Part shown: one piece after another, positions 44,629-51,807 of the stretch
How positions within the stretch are numbered: position 1 is the stretch's first letter
How the letters are laid out: the number at the start of each line of letters is the position of its first letter
Assembly: GCA_023230665.1 (NCBI GenBank)
Contig: JALNWY010000001.1
Location: 21,031 to 85,030 of the forward strand
Direction of reading: 5' to 3'
Source of the DNA: Deltaproteobacteria bacterium
Lineage (GTDB): Bacteria; Desulfobacterota; Desulfomonilia; UBA1062
Length of the DNA: 64,000 bases
Program-made: the position numbers and the translations under genes
The notes under the pieces: generated by a model
Told to the model about the DNA's origin: nothing
The model's database searches: none
What the model saw: only the letters and a program-made list of their open reading frames with translations

Positions 44629-44798
44629 TTTTTATTCTCCCTATGTAATAGTAAAAAATATTATACGGTGTCAAGATGTTCATATGTCAATCAATGCACT
44701 GTTATTACAAGAATATTTCACTCCAAAACAAGGTCTAAAACTTATCGACATACACCCTGTCTGCCCTGCACCTGTCGATATGTCTGCAAACCATTGCA

Positions 44799-45653
44799 TC
44801 AGATCGGCGCCTCTTGTTCACAAATCGCTGCAACGATGCGGGAAAGCTCATCTCGAGAGGAAACATTGATCACGATTTTTCCTCTGCGTTTTTTCCAATC
44901 ACAAATAACCTTTGCCGAGAGCTTCTCGGAAAGAAGGGTGGAGAGGTGATCAAAATAGGGATCGGCCTTTTTCGCCCCTTTTTTCTTGTTCCTGGTATCT
45001 ATACCAGAGGCATGGTGCTCGGCCTCCCTGACGTTCAATGACTGGCTGACGATACGGTTCAGGAGAGAAATCTGACCGGTCCCGCCCTCCACCATCAGAA
45101 TTGCCCGGGCATGACCGGTTGTGATCATGCCTTCTCGCAAGGCCTGCTTCACCTCCTCGGGCAGATGGATCAAACGCATGGAATTTGTTACGGTCGAACG
45201 GTCCTTGATAACGGCATCGGCGATCTCCTGATGGGTCAGGCCAAACTGTTCTTTCAGTGTATAGTATGCCTCGGACTCTTCCATGGGGTTCAGGTCTTCG
45301 CGCTGAAGGTTTTCGATGAGTGATATCTTGAATGCCTCGGCATCGGGAATGTCCCTTACAATGGAAGGTATCTTCTGGATGCCGGCGAGCTTGCATGCCT
45401 GATACCTTCTTTCACCGGCTATGATCTCATAGCGGGTATTTGTTCTCCGGACCAGGATGGGAGAAATGAGCCCATGGCTCTTGATGGATGCGGCAAGCTC
45501 GGCAATGGTCTTCTCGTCAAAGGATTTTCTCGGCTGAACAGGATTTGGATAAATCTCATCAACCGGTATATCGATAACCTGGACACCGTCTTCATGAACA
45601 CTGTCAGCAAAGATGGCGTCGATACCTCTTCCTAACCGGGATTTAGGTTTCAT
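44799..45653 (-). CDS. parB: Chromosome partitioning protein ParB/Spo0J
   Basis: ParB box motifs (GERRYQA, helix-turn-helix region) and an N-terminal arginine patch; 284 aa. Confidence 0.9.
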   Translation of the reverse strand: MKPKSRLGRGIDAIFADSVHEDGVQVIDIPVDEIYPNPVQPRKSFDEKTIAELAASIKSHGLISPILVRRTNTRYEIIAGERRYQACKLAGIQKIPSIVRDIPDAEAFKISLIENLQREDLNPMEESEAYYTLKEQFGLTHQEIADAVIKDRSTVTNSMRLIHLPEEVKQALREGMITTGHARAILMVEGGTGQISLLNRIVSQSLNVREAEHHASGIDTRNKKKGAKKADPYFDHLSTLLSEKLSAKVICDWKKRRGKIVINVSSRDELSRIVAAICEQEAPI

Positions 45654-46425
45654 GATCAGCCTCCATTTCGAGGATTTCTTTTGCCAGCATCAGATAATGC
45701 TGAGCCCCTTTCGAAGAAATATCGTACAGACAGATCGGGACACCGAAACTCGGGGCCTCGCACAAGCGGATATTCCTCGGAATGATGGTGCGAAACACCT
45801 GGGAATCGAAGTGAACCCTCACGTTCTCGGCGATATCATGACTGAGCCTGGTGCGCGAGTCAAACATGGTGAGAAGGAAACCCTCGATGCTCAGACTCGG
45901 GTTCAGCCTTTTTTTCACGAGCCGGAAGGTGTTCATGAGGCTCTTGAGACCTTCCAGGGCATAATACTCGCACTGAACAGGCACCAGGAGAGAGTGAGCA
46001 GCAGTGAGGGCGTTGAGGGTGAGGAGCCCGAGAGAGGGGGGGCAGTCGATCACGATGAAATCGAAAGTATGCGTCATCCCGGCAAGGGAGCGGGAAAGGA
46101 TGCGCTCACGGAAGGGAGCGTCCATCAACTCTACCTCGACACCCACAAGATCGGCATGACTCGACATGATGAAAAAGTTCCGGAGCTTTGTCTCCTGGAT
46201 CACGGAATCGGCATCCTTCTGACCGATCATCACGTGATATACATGAGAAGAAAAAGAGTCTGGGTTGTAACCAAGACCCGTGGTTGCATTTGCCTGGGGA
46301 TCAAGATCGATCAGCAGGGTTCGTTTTCCGAGCAACGCCAGAGAAGAACCGAGATTTATGGATGTGGTGGTCTTCCCGACTCCGCCTTTTTGATTGGACA
46401 CACTTATGATTTTAGGACGCACCAT
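45643..46425 (-). CDS. parA: Chromosome partitioning ATPase ParA/Soj
   Basis: Deviant Walker A motif NQKGGVGKTTT; 260 aa; overlaps the parB start by 11 nt. Confidence 0.9.
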   Translation of the reverse strand: MVRPKIISVSNQKGGVGKTTTSINLGSSLALLGKRTLLIDLDPQANATTGLGYNPDSFSSHVYHVMIGQKDADSVIQETKLRNFFIMSSHADLVGVEVELMDAPFRERILSRSLAGMTHTFDFIVIDCPPSLGLLTLNALTAAHSLLVPVQCEYYALEGLKSLMNTFRLVKKRLNPSLSIEGFLLTMFDSRTRLSHDIAENVRVHFDSQVFRTIIPRNIRLCEAPSFGVPICLYDISSKGAQHYLMLAKEILEMEADHET

Positions 46426-46463
46426 GATGATCTACCATAAAAGAAAACTTTTTTAAATAAAAA

Positions 46464-46479
46464 AGTTTCACGTGAAACA
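46464..46479. promoter_or_regulatory. parS centromere-like site AGTTTCACGTGAAACA (15/16 match to the TGTTTCACGTGAAACA consensus)
   Basis: Perfect 14-bp palindrome GTTTCACGTGAAAC read directly, 39 nt upstream of the parA start. The ParB-binding consensus is established knowledge. Confidence 0.7.
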
Positions 46480-46480
46480 A

Positions 46481-46489
46481 TGTGGATAA
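46481..46489 (-). promoter_or_regulatory. Perfect DnaA box (TTATCCACA on the minus strand) within an AT-rich stretch; candidate oriC element
   Basis: TGTGGATAA read on the plus strand, immediately 3' of parS. The surrounding 46440-46530 is about 80 percent AT. Confidence 0.55.
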
Positions 46490-46674
46490 CATTTGAATTA
46501 AACAATGATTTTTCTGATAAAATAATGAAAAAGGGTGAATTCTCTTTCCTGGTAGGCTTTGGATGACTGTAAAGCAAGGCCCTCATTCGCGTTTGGGCTT
46601 GCTGTGCGAGGCCAGGCCTTTGGACCGTGATCTCAAGGCCCATAGCAGAGACGCCCCCCTTTTTTTAAGGCTGT

Positions 46675-47190
46675 TCATCGGGGGAAAAACCGGATGATGA
46701 CGATAATGAAGAGCAGGATCACTGTAATCCAGGCCCCGGTGATATCGCTTTTGCGTACGATGATATGCTCTTTCAAGGCAGAGAGACCGGACCCCAACAC
46801 CTCGGGATTTGCCACACTCTCCAGGTCCGAGATAATCTCCGGAAATCCGGCAAAGCTGTTCGGTATGAGGAAGCTCTTCTTTTTTGTGGTCAGGGATATG
46901 AACTGCCTCGAGCCGATTGATATGCCCTCAATGCGCATGATATCGCCGATGGAAACCTTTCTTGGGCCGAGTATGCCGCCTATGGTGACGGCGGAATCAG
47001 TGATCCGAATCTTGCGCAGCAGGTTGTTGATGGTAAGGAGATAGAACAGTATCATGAGGAGCAGGGCCATCAACAAAATAGAGAGCTCGAAGCCCGACAA
47101 GATCACGTCCACGAAGATGGGGATGGACACGAGTGTGGCAAGGACCATGGGGACCTGCAGGTTCTTTTTTATCTTGTAAACCCTATCCAT
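46675..47190 (-). CDS. Hypothetical membrane protein
   Basis: ORF with two predicted transmembrane helices (LATLVSIPIFVDVILSGF..., AWITVILLFIIVIIRFF) and a central soluble segment. I recognise no motif. Start set at the internal M (MDRVYK). Confidence 0.4.
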   Translation of the reverse strand: MDRVYKIKKNLQVPMVLATLVSIPIFVDVILSGFELSILLMALLLMILFYLLTINNLLRKIRITDSAVTIGGILGPRKVSIGDIMRIEGISIGSRQFISLTTKKKSFLIPNSFAGFPEIISDLESVANPEVLGSGLSALKEHIIVRKSDITGAWITVILLFIIVIIRFFPR

Positions 47191-47234
47191 GTTCACTATG
47201 CTACATGAAATACCTGGTGCTGACAAGGGTCGCT

Positions 47235-48002
47235 ATGTTGAATTTCGCGCTCAATCTTGCAAAAAAAGCCGGAGAGTACCTCAAGGAAAGTTTCGGAAAA
47301 GAGCTGAACGTCGAACACAAGGGCAGAATCGATCTGGTGACCCAGATCGACCGGAACTCGCAGGACATGATCCTGGATGGGATCGAGCGCGAATTTCCCC
47401 ATCATTCCATCATGGCCGAAGAAGGCGTGAGCAAGACAACCGGACACGACTACACCTGGTTCGTTGATCCTCTTGACGGCACGGTGAATTTCGTCCATGG
47501 GATTCCCTTTTTCTGTGTTTCTCTTGGCGTCTTCAAAAGGGGGAAACCCTTTATCGGGGTATGCTACAATCCCATGAGCGGCGACCTTTTCTCCGCACAG
47601 TACGGGAAAGGGGCCTTCCGAAACCGTGAAAAAATCAGGGTCTCGGATACCTCCCTTCTCATCGACGCGCTTGTGGTCACGGGATTTCCATACTCACTGG
47701 CCAGGCTCGATGATTCGATGTCGCGCTTTGCCAGAATTCTTAGCGAGGTGCAGGGTATTCGGAGGTTCGGATCCGCGGCCCTGGACTTGTGTTTCGTGGC
47801 CTCGGGGTCTTTCGACGGATTCTGGGAGGTCGGGCTCCATCCCTGGGACCTGGCCGGCGGAGTGGTCGTTCTCCTGGAGGCCGGAGGAAGGGTTACCGGC
47901 CTTTCCGGAGAAGAGTTCGATCCGCACCACGGGGACATCCTTGCCAGCAACGGGAACATCCATAACGATTTAAGGAGGCTCATGCAGGGTGAACCTGGTT
48001 GA
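47235..48002 (+). CDS. suhB: Inositol monophosphatase family protein
   Basis: Metal-binding motifs (WFVDPLDGT, ALDLCFVASG pattern); start MLNFALN matches typical SuhB N-termini. Confidence 0.8.
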   Translation: MLNFALNLAKKAGEYLKESFGKELNVEHKGRIDLVTQIDRNSQDMILDGIEREFPHHSIMAEEGVSKTTGHDYTWFVDPLDGTVNFVHGIPFFCVSLGVFKRGKPFIGVCYNPMSGDLFSAQYGKGAFRNREKIRVSDTSLLIDALVVTGFPYSLARLDDSMSRFARILSEVQGIRRFGSAALDLCFVASGSFDGFWEVGLHPWDLAGGVVVLLEAGGRVTGLSGEEFDPHHGDILASNGNIHNDLRRLMQGEPG

Positions 48003-48780
48003 TTCCCACAATCATCTCCATTTCAACGACTTCCGGAAAGACCGCTCCGAGGTGATGGACAGAGCCCGTCAGGCAGGGGTGAAAGCCATGCTTCTGGTGG
48101 GCATCGATCCGGACGACACTTGCCGCGCGATCGAAACGGCAGAGGCAGGAGACGGGCTTTTTGCAAGTGTGGGCATCCATCCACAGATGGCAGGCGTGTT
48201 CTCTCCGGATGATGTGCTCGCGCTTGAGGCCCTGGCACAAAACCACAAGATCGTTGCTGTTGGTGAGACAGGGTTTGATCTGTATCGCACACCAGACACG
48301 GAAAATCAGCAGAAAGAGCTCTTCAGGGCTCATATCGAGCTTGCCAGAACGTGCTCGCTCCCCCTGATCATCCATGATCGTGACGCTCACCGGCAGACCC
48401 TGGATCTGCTGGAAGAAGAGGGTGCATGGTCCCTTGGCGGGATGTTCCATTGTTTTTCCGGAGATGCCGCCATGGCCCGGCAAATCGTCGACAAGGGATT
48501 TTTCCTTTCCGTGCCGGGCGTTCTCACCTATAAAAATGCCGCAGTCCTGAGGCAGGCGGTGCGCGCCTGCCCTCTGGAATCCCTTCTTGTGGAAACTGAC
48601 GCGCCGTATCTTGCCCCTGTTCCCTATCGGGGGAAAAGGAACGAGCCCTCCTTTCTGATCGAGACGGTCAGGGAGCTGGCAGCGATCAGAAAACTCGATG
48701 CAGAACAGATGGCCGAGATCACGACTGAGAACTTTTTTCGTTTGTTTGCAAGAAGATCCATGCCATTGAATCACGGGTGA
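47989..48780 (+). CDS. tatD: TatD-family metal-dependent hydrolase
   Basis: DSHNHL N-terminal His motif; later SVGIHPQ, IIHDRDAH and ETDAPYLAP. GTG start. Confidence 0.85.
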   Translation: MNLVDSHNHLHFNDFRKDRSEVMDRARQAGVKAMLLVGIDPDDTCRAIETAEAGDGLFASVGIHPQMAGVFSPDDVLALEALAQNHKIVAVGETGFDLYRTPDTENQQKELFRAHIELARTCSLPLIIHDRDAHRQTLDLLEEEGAWSLGGMFHCFSGDAAMARQIVDKGFFLSVPGVLTYKNAAVLRQAVRACPLESLLVETDAPYLAPVPYRGKRNEPSFLIETVRELAAIRKLDAEQMAEITTENFFRLFARRSMPLNHG

Positions 48781-48794
48781 AAAGGAGGCAGGGT

Positions 48795-49202
48795 ATGCTC
48801 AAACGTCTGGAAGTCAGAACCACGGGCAAATCCCAGTTTGTGGATATAACGTCGAATATCAGGACCGTATTGAAAAGCGAGCATGTGTCCAGCGGCCTGG
48901 TCCTTGCTTATGTGCCCCACACCACCTGCGGGATAACGATCAACGAAAACGCCGATCCTGCGGTGAAAGAAGACATCCTCGCCACCCTGGAGGGTCTGGT
49001 CCCCCGGCAGGGGGGTTACCGGCATCTGGAGGGAAATGCTGATGCCCACATCAAGGCAAGCCTCATGGGGTTTGATGTCATGCTCATTGTCGAAGGAGGG
49101 GCCCTGGTCCTGGGGACATGGCAGGGGGTCTTTCTCGTCGAGTTCGACGGGCCCAGGAACCGTTCGGTTCTCCTGAAGATCATTCCCGATACGAACAGCT
49201 AA
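48795..49202 (+). CDS. YjbQ/UPF0047-family secondary thiamine-phosphate synthase-like protein
   Basis: About 135 aa with VPHTTCGITINENADP and HIKASLMG motifs. Start at ATG 48795 after an AAAGGAGG Shine-Dalgarno sequence. Confidence 0.7.
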   Translation: MLKRLEVRTTGKSQFVDITSNIRTVLKSEHVSSGLVLAYVPHTTCGITINENADPAVKEDILATLEGLVPRQGGYRHLEGNADAHIKASLMGFDVMLIVEGGALVLGTWQGVFLVEFDGPRNRSVLLKIIPDTNS

Positions 49203-49375
49203 AAAGAAGAGACCATAACGCCCTCCCGCTTCTTAAAAACCCATTGCGCACAGGGCCTGTTCTCATAGAAAAATGGGTTGAAATCGTACGCGAGTGGTGA
49301 TATATCGCCGCTACACTAAAAATTTCTTCCTCAAACCCTAGGAATCCCTTAGCCTTGAGGTTTGCTAAAGATTTG

Positions 49376-49404
49376 TTGACAAACCATAGGGCATATTCTA
49401 TTAG
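49376..49404 (+). promoter_or_regulatory. Sigma70-like promoter (TTGACA, 17 nt spacer, TATTAG) positioned to start about 4-5 nt upstream of the tRNA
   Basis: -35 at 49376-49381 and -10 at 49399-49404, read directly. Confidence 0.5.
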
Positions 49405-49415
49405 AGTAACTCAGC

Positions 49416-49488
49416 GCGGGCATAGCTCAGTTGGTAGAGTGTCAGCTTCCCAAGCTGAATGTCGCGGGTTCGAATCCCGTTGCCCGCT
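49416..49488 (+). tRNA. tRNA-Gly (anticodon CCC)
   Basis: I folded the cloverleaf by hand. 7-bp acceptor stem GCGGGCA/TGCCCGC; D-arm GCTC-AGTTGGTA-GAGT; anticodon stem TCAGC/GCTGA with loop TTCCCAA; T-arm GCGGG-TTCGAAT-CCCGT; discriminator U. CCA is not encoded. Confidence 0.85.
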
Positions 49489-49539
49489 TTTGATACGCGT
49501 ATGGGAAGCGAAAGAACAGGAAATGTGGAGGGAGACGAA

Positions 49540-49562
49540 GTGGGCGATAGCCCACTTTTTTA
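49540..49562 (+). terminator. Terminator/attenuator hairpin (GTGGGC-GATA-GCCCAC plus U-run) between the tRNA and rimP
   Basis: 6-bp GC-rich stem, 4-nt loop, then TTTTTTATTT, ending 8 nt before the rimP ATG. The arrangement mirrors the E. coli metY-rimP leader. Confidence 0.5.
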
Positions 49563-49569
49563 TTTCATA

Positions 49570-50004
49570 ATGAAGCAGACGGAACAGGAGAAAAAATTAT
49601 ACAAGCTGGTGGCGCCGGAAGTGGCCATGATGGGCTTTGAGCTCATCGATATGGACTTTTCCCGGGGGCTCCTGCGCCTCACCATCGACAAGCCGGGCGG
49701 GGTCACGCTGGACGACTGTGTTTCAGTCAACCGTAGAGTGAGCCTGCTGCTGGATACGAACGATCCCATCGAGGGATCGTACCGGCTTGAGATATCGTCG
49801 CCGGGCCTCAATCGGAGGCTCAAGACGCTGAAGGAATTCGAGCACTTTGCCGGGAGAAAGGTCAAAATACAGACGAGAGAGGCAACATTCCGGGGAACAA
49901 TCAAGGGGTTGGCACAAGAGAGTGTTCTGATTGCCATCGACGGCACGCAACAGGAGGTGCCGTTTAAAGATATTCAGAAGGCCAATCTGGAATTCGATCT
50001 CTAG
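49570..50004 (+). CDS. rimP: Ribosome maturation factor RimP
   Basis: N-terminus aligns with E. coli RimP (TEQEKKLYKLVAPEVAMMGFELIDMDF versus [26 protein letters not shown]); SPGLNRRL motif. Confidence 0.85.
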   Translation: MKQTEQEKKLYKLVAPEVAMMGFELIDMDFSRGLLRLTIDKPGGVTLDDCVSVNRRVSLLLDTNDPIEGSYRLEISSPGLNRRLKTLKEFEHFAGRKVKIQTREATFRGTIKGLAQESVLIAIDGTQQEVPFKDIQKANLEFDL

Positions 50005-50012
50005 GAGAACGT

Positions 50013-51248
50013 ATGGTTTTAAATCTTTCAAAGGTCATTGAGTTGATCGTAAAGGAAAAGGGCCTCAGGGAAGAAGACCTGGTGCAGGTGGTAGAGGCTG
50101 CGGTGCAGAGCGCTGCGAAAAAGGTCTATGGCGATTACGACAACATCGAAGCGCACTACAACCCTGAGCTCGACGAGGTGGAGGTCTTCCAGTTCAAGGT
50201 CATCTCTGAAGAGGTTGAAGATCCGAATGTCCAGATATCTTTTAAAGAGGCGCGGAAGCTCGATCCCAACTGCCAGATCGGCGATGAGCTCGGGGAAAAG
50301 CTCGATTCCTCCAAGCTGGGGAGGATCGCCGCCCAGAGCGCCAAGCAGGTGATCGTACAGAAGGTGAAGGAAGTCGAGCGCGACGCTGTGTATAATGATT
50401 TCATCGACCGGAAGGGCGAGCTGGTATCAGGCTTTGTTCACCGGTTCGACAGGCGCGATGCCATCCTCAATCTCGGGAAGGCGGAGGCGATCCTGCGCGA
50501 AAAGGAAATGATCCCCGGCGAATCTTTCAGAAGAGGGGATCGCATCCAGGCCCTTATCCTGGACGTGACCAAGTCGTTGAGAATGCCCCAGATAGAGCTC
50601 TCCCGCACGCATCCGAGGTTTCTCGTCAAGCTCTATGAGATGGAAGTACCGGAAGTCACCGAGGGGATCGTGGAGATCGTAGCCGTTGCGCGGGAGCCCG
50701 GGATCCGGGCGAAGATCGCCGTGCGCTCGCACGATCCCAAGGTGGATCCGGTGGGAACCTGCGTCGGCGTAAAGGGGGCGCGGGTACAGAATGTGATCCA
50801 GGAGCTGAAAGGCGAGAGGCAGGATATCGTCGTGTGGTCGGAAGACCCGGTCAGGTTCGTTTGCAATGCCCTTTCGCCCGCCCGGGTGTCCAAGGTGATT
50901 GTGGATAAATCCGCCTGGAGCATGGATGTGGTCGTCGCGGACGACCAGCTCAGCCTTGCCATCGGGAGAAAGGGGCAGAATGTCAGGCTTGTGGCCAAGC
51001 TCACGGGTTGGAAGATCGATGTCCGCTCCGAGCACGCTGAAGAGAGCGTGTCTTCCGAGGAGGGTACTGCGTTAACCAGCATCAATGAGCTCGATGAATC
51101 GCTGGCTGAAATTTTGATGGAAGCCGGTTATCGGACCATTGAGGATCTGGCCAAGGCAAAGGAGGAAGACCTCCTGGAGTTTGAAGGAATCGATGAAAAT
51201 CTGGCAAAAGAACTGATAAAAAAGGCGTCGGTGGGAGTGAGTGGATAA
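50013..51248 (+). CDS. nusA: Transcription termination/antitermination protein NusA
   Basis: N-terminal domain, S1 domain, two KH domains (GxxG) and a C-terminal acidic repeat; 411 aa. Confidence 0.95.
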   Translation: MVLNLSKVIELIVKEKGLREEDLVQVVEAAVQSAAKKVYGDYDNIEAHYNPELDEVEVFQFKVISEEVEDPNVQISFKEARKLDPNCQIGDELGEKLDSSKLGRIAAQSAKQVIVQKVKEVERDAVYNDFIDRKGELVSGFVHRFDRRDAILNLGKAEAILREKEMIPGESFRRGDRIQALILDVTKSLRMPQIELSRTHPRFLVKLYEMEVPEVTEGIVEIVAVAREPGIRAKIAVRSHDPKVDPVGTCVGVKGARVQNVIQELKGERQDIVVWSEDPVRFVCNALSPARVSKVIVDKSAWSMDVVVADDQLSLAIGRKGQNVRLVAKLTGWKIDVRSEHAEESVSSEEGTALTSINELDESLAEILMEAGYRTIEDLAKAKEEDLLEFEGIDENLAKELIKKASVGVSG

Positions 51249-51807
51249 CAGGCACCAACCGCTGAGACAGTGTGTCGGATGCAGAAAGATCCGCCCTAAG
51301 ACGGAATTGCTGCGGTTTGTCAGCAGGGCTTCAGCAGAGGCTGTCTTTGACCCTGAAGGCCGCCTCGAGGGCAGGGGATTTTACCTCTGCCCGGTTGAGC
51401 AGTGCTTTGCAAAGGCTTACAAAAATAAAAGAGCGAGATCCAGCTATTTTCGGAAACGAGAGCAGGTAAACGAACTTATTTACGAGGTGCGGGAAGAACT
51501 ATCGAATATGATCGAAAAAGACCTCATACGGTATAAAAAAACGGCTTATCTGAAGGATGGCCTATGTGAAGAGAAGACGATCCGGGAGGATGATCTGATA
51601 CTGTATCGCAGCGATAATCCTCCGGAAGAGAAAGTAGGAATGCATACAGCTGCACGAGCCGGCAGGGCAAAGGTATACCGCCTGCCTAAGGGATGTGAAT
51701 GCAGCAGTCCGTGTCTGATCGTGAGCAGTGAGCGCCCGATCGCTCCACGGCTGGCGATGAATCTGCAGAAGTATGATTTGCTTTCTTCCAAGGGGCTGGC
51801 AAGATGA
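51241..51807 (+). CDS. ylxR: YlxR/DUF448-family protein with a C-terminal extension of about 100 aa
   Basis: RQCVGCRKIRPKTELLRF DUF448 signature. 188 aa, versus about 90 aa for stand-alone YlxR. The GTG start overlaps the nusA stop. Confidence 0.6.
   Translation: MDNRHQPLRQCVGCRKIRPKTELLRFVSRASAEAVFDPEGRLEGRGFYLCPVEQCFAKAYKNKRARSSYFRKREQVNELIYEVREELSNMIEKDLIRYKKTAYLKDGLCEEKTIREDDLILYRSDNPPEEKVGMHTAARAGRAKVYRLPKGCECSSPCLIVSSERPIAPRLAMNLQKYDLLSSKGLAR

Noticed and set aside
46441-46470. AAAACTTTTTT...AAAAAAGTTT inverted repeat read as a possible intrinsic terminator
   Set aside because: The stem is pure A/T with no GC clamp. It is better explained as part of the AT-rich unwinding region next to parS and the DnaA box.
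49416-49488. Possibility that the tRNA is initiator tRNA-fMet, as metY is in the E. coli operon
   Set aside because: The hand-folded anticodon loop is UUCCCAA, giving anticodon CCC, and the discriminator is U. That is Gly, not CAU/Met.
49355-49570. 71-aa ORF and the 5' part of the 181-aa ORF overlapping 49416-49488
   Set aside because: They overlap the tRNA-Gly gene. RimP homology begins at the ATG at 49570. In-frame GTGs at 49525 and 49540, the latter with a GGAGGG Shine-Dalgarno sequence, were considered as rimP starts. They were rejected because the E. coli RimP N-terminus aligns from the ATG at 49570.
51241-51249. GTGGATAAC at the ylxR start resembling a DnaA box
   Set aside because: 8/9 match only, inside coding sequence and far from any AT-rich region. 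Treated as coincidence.
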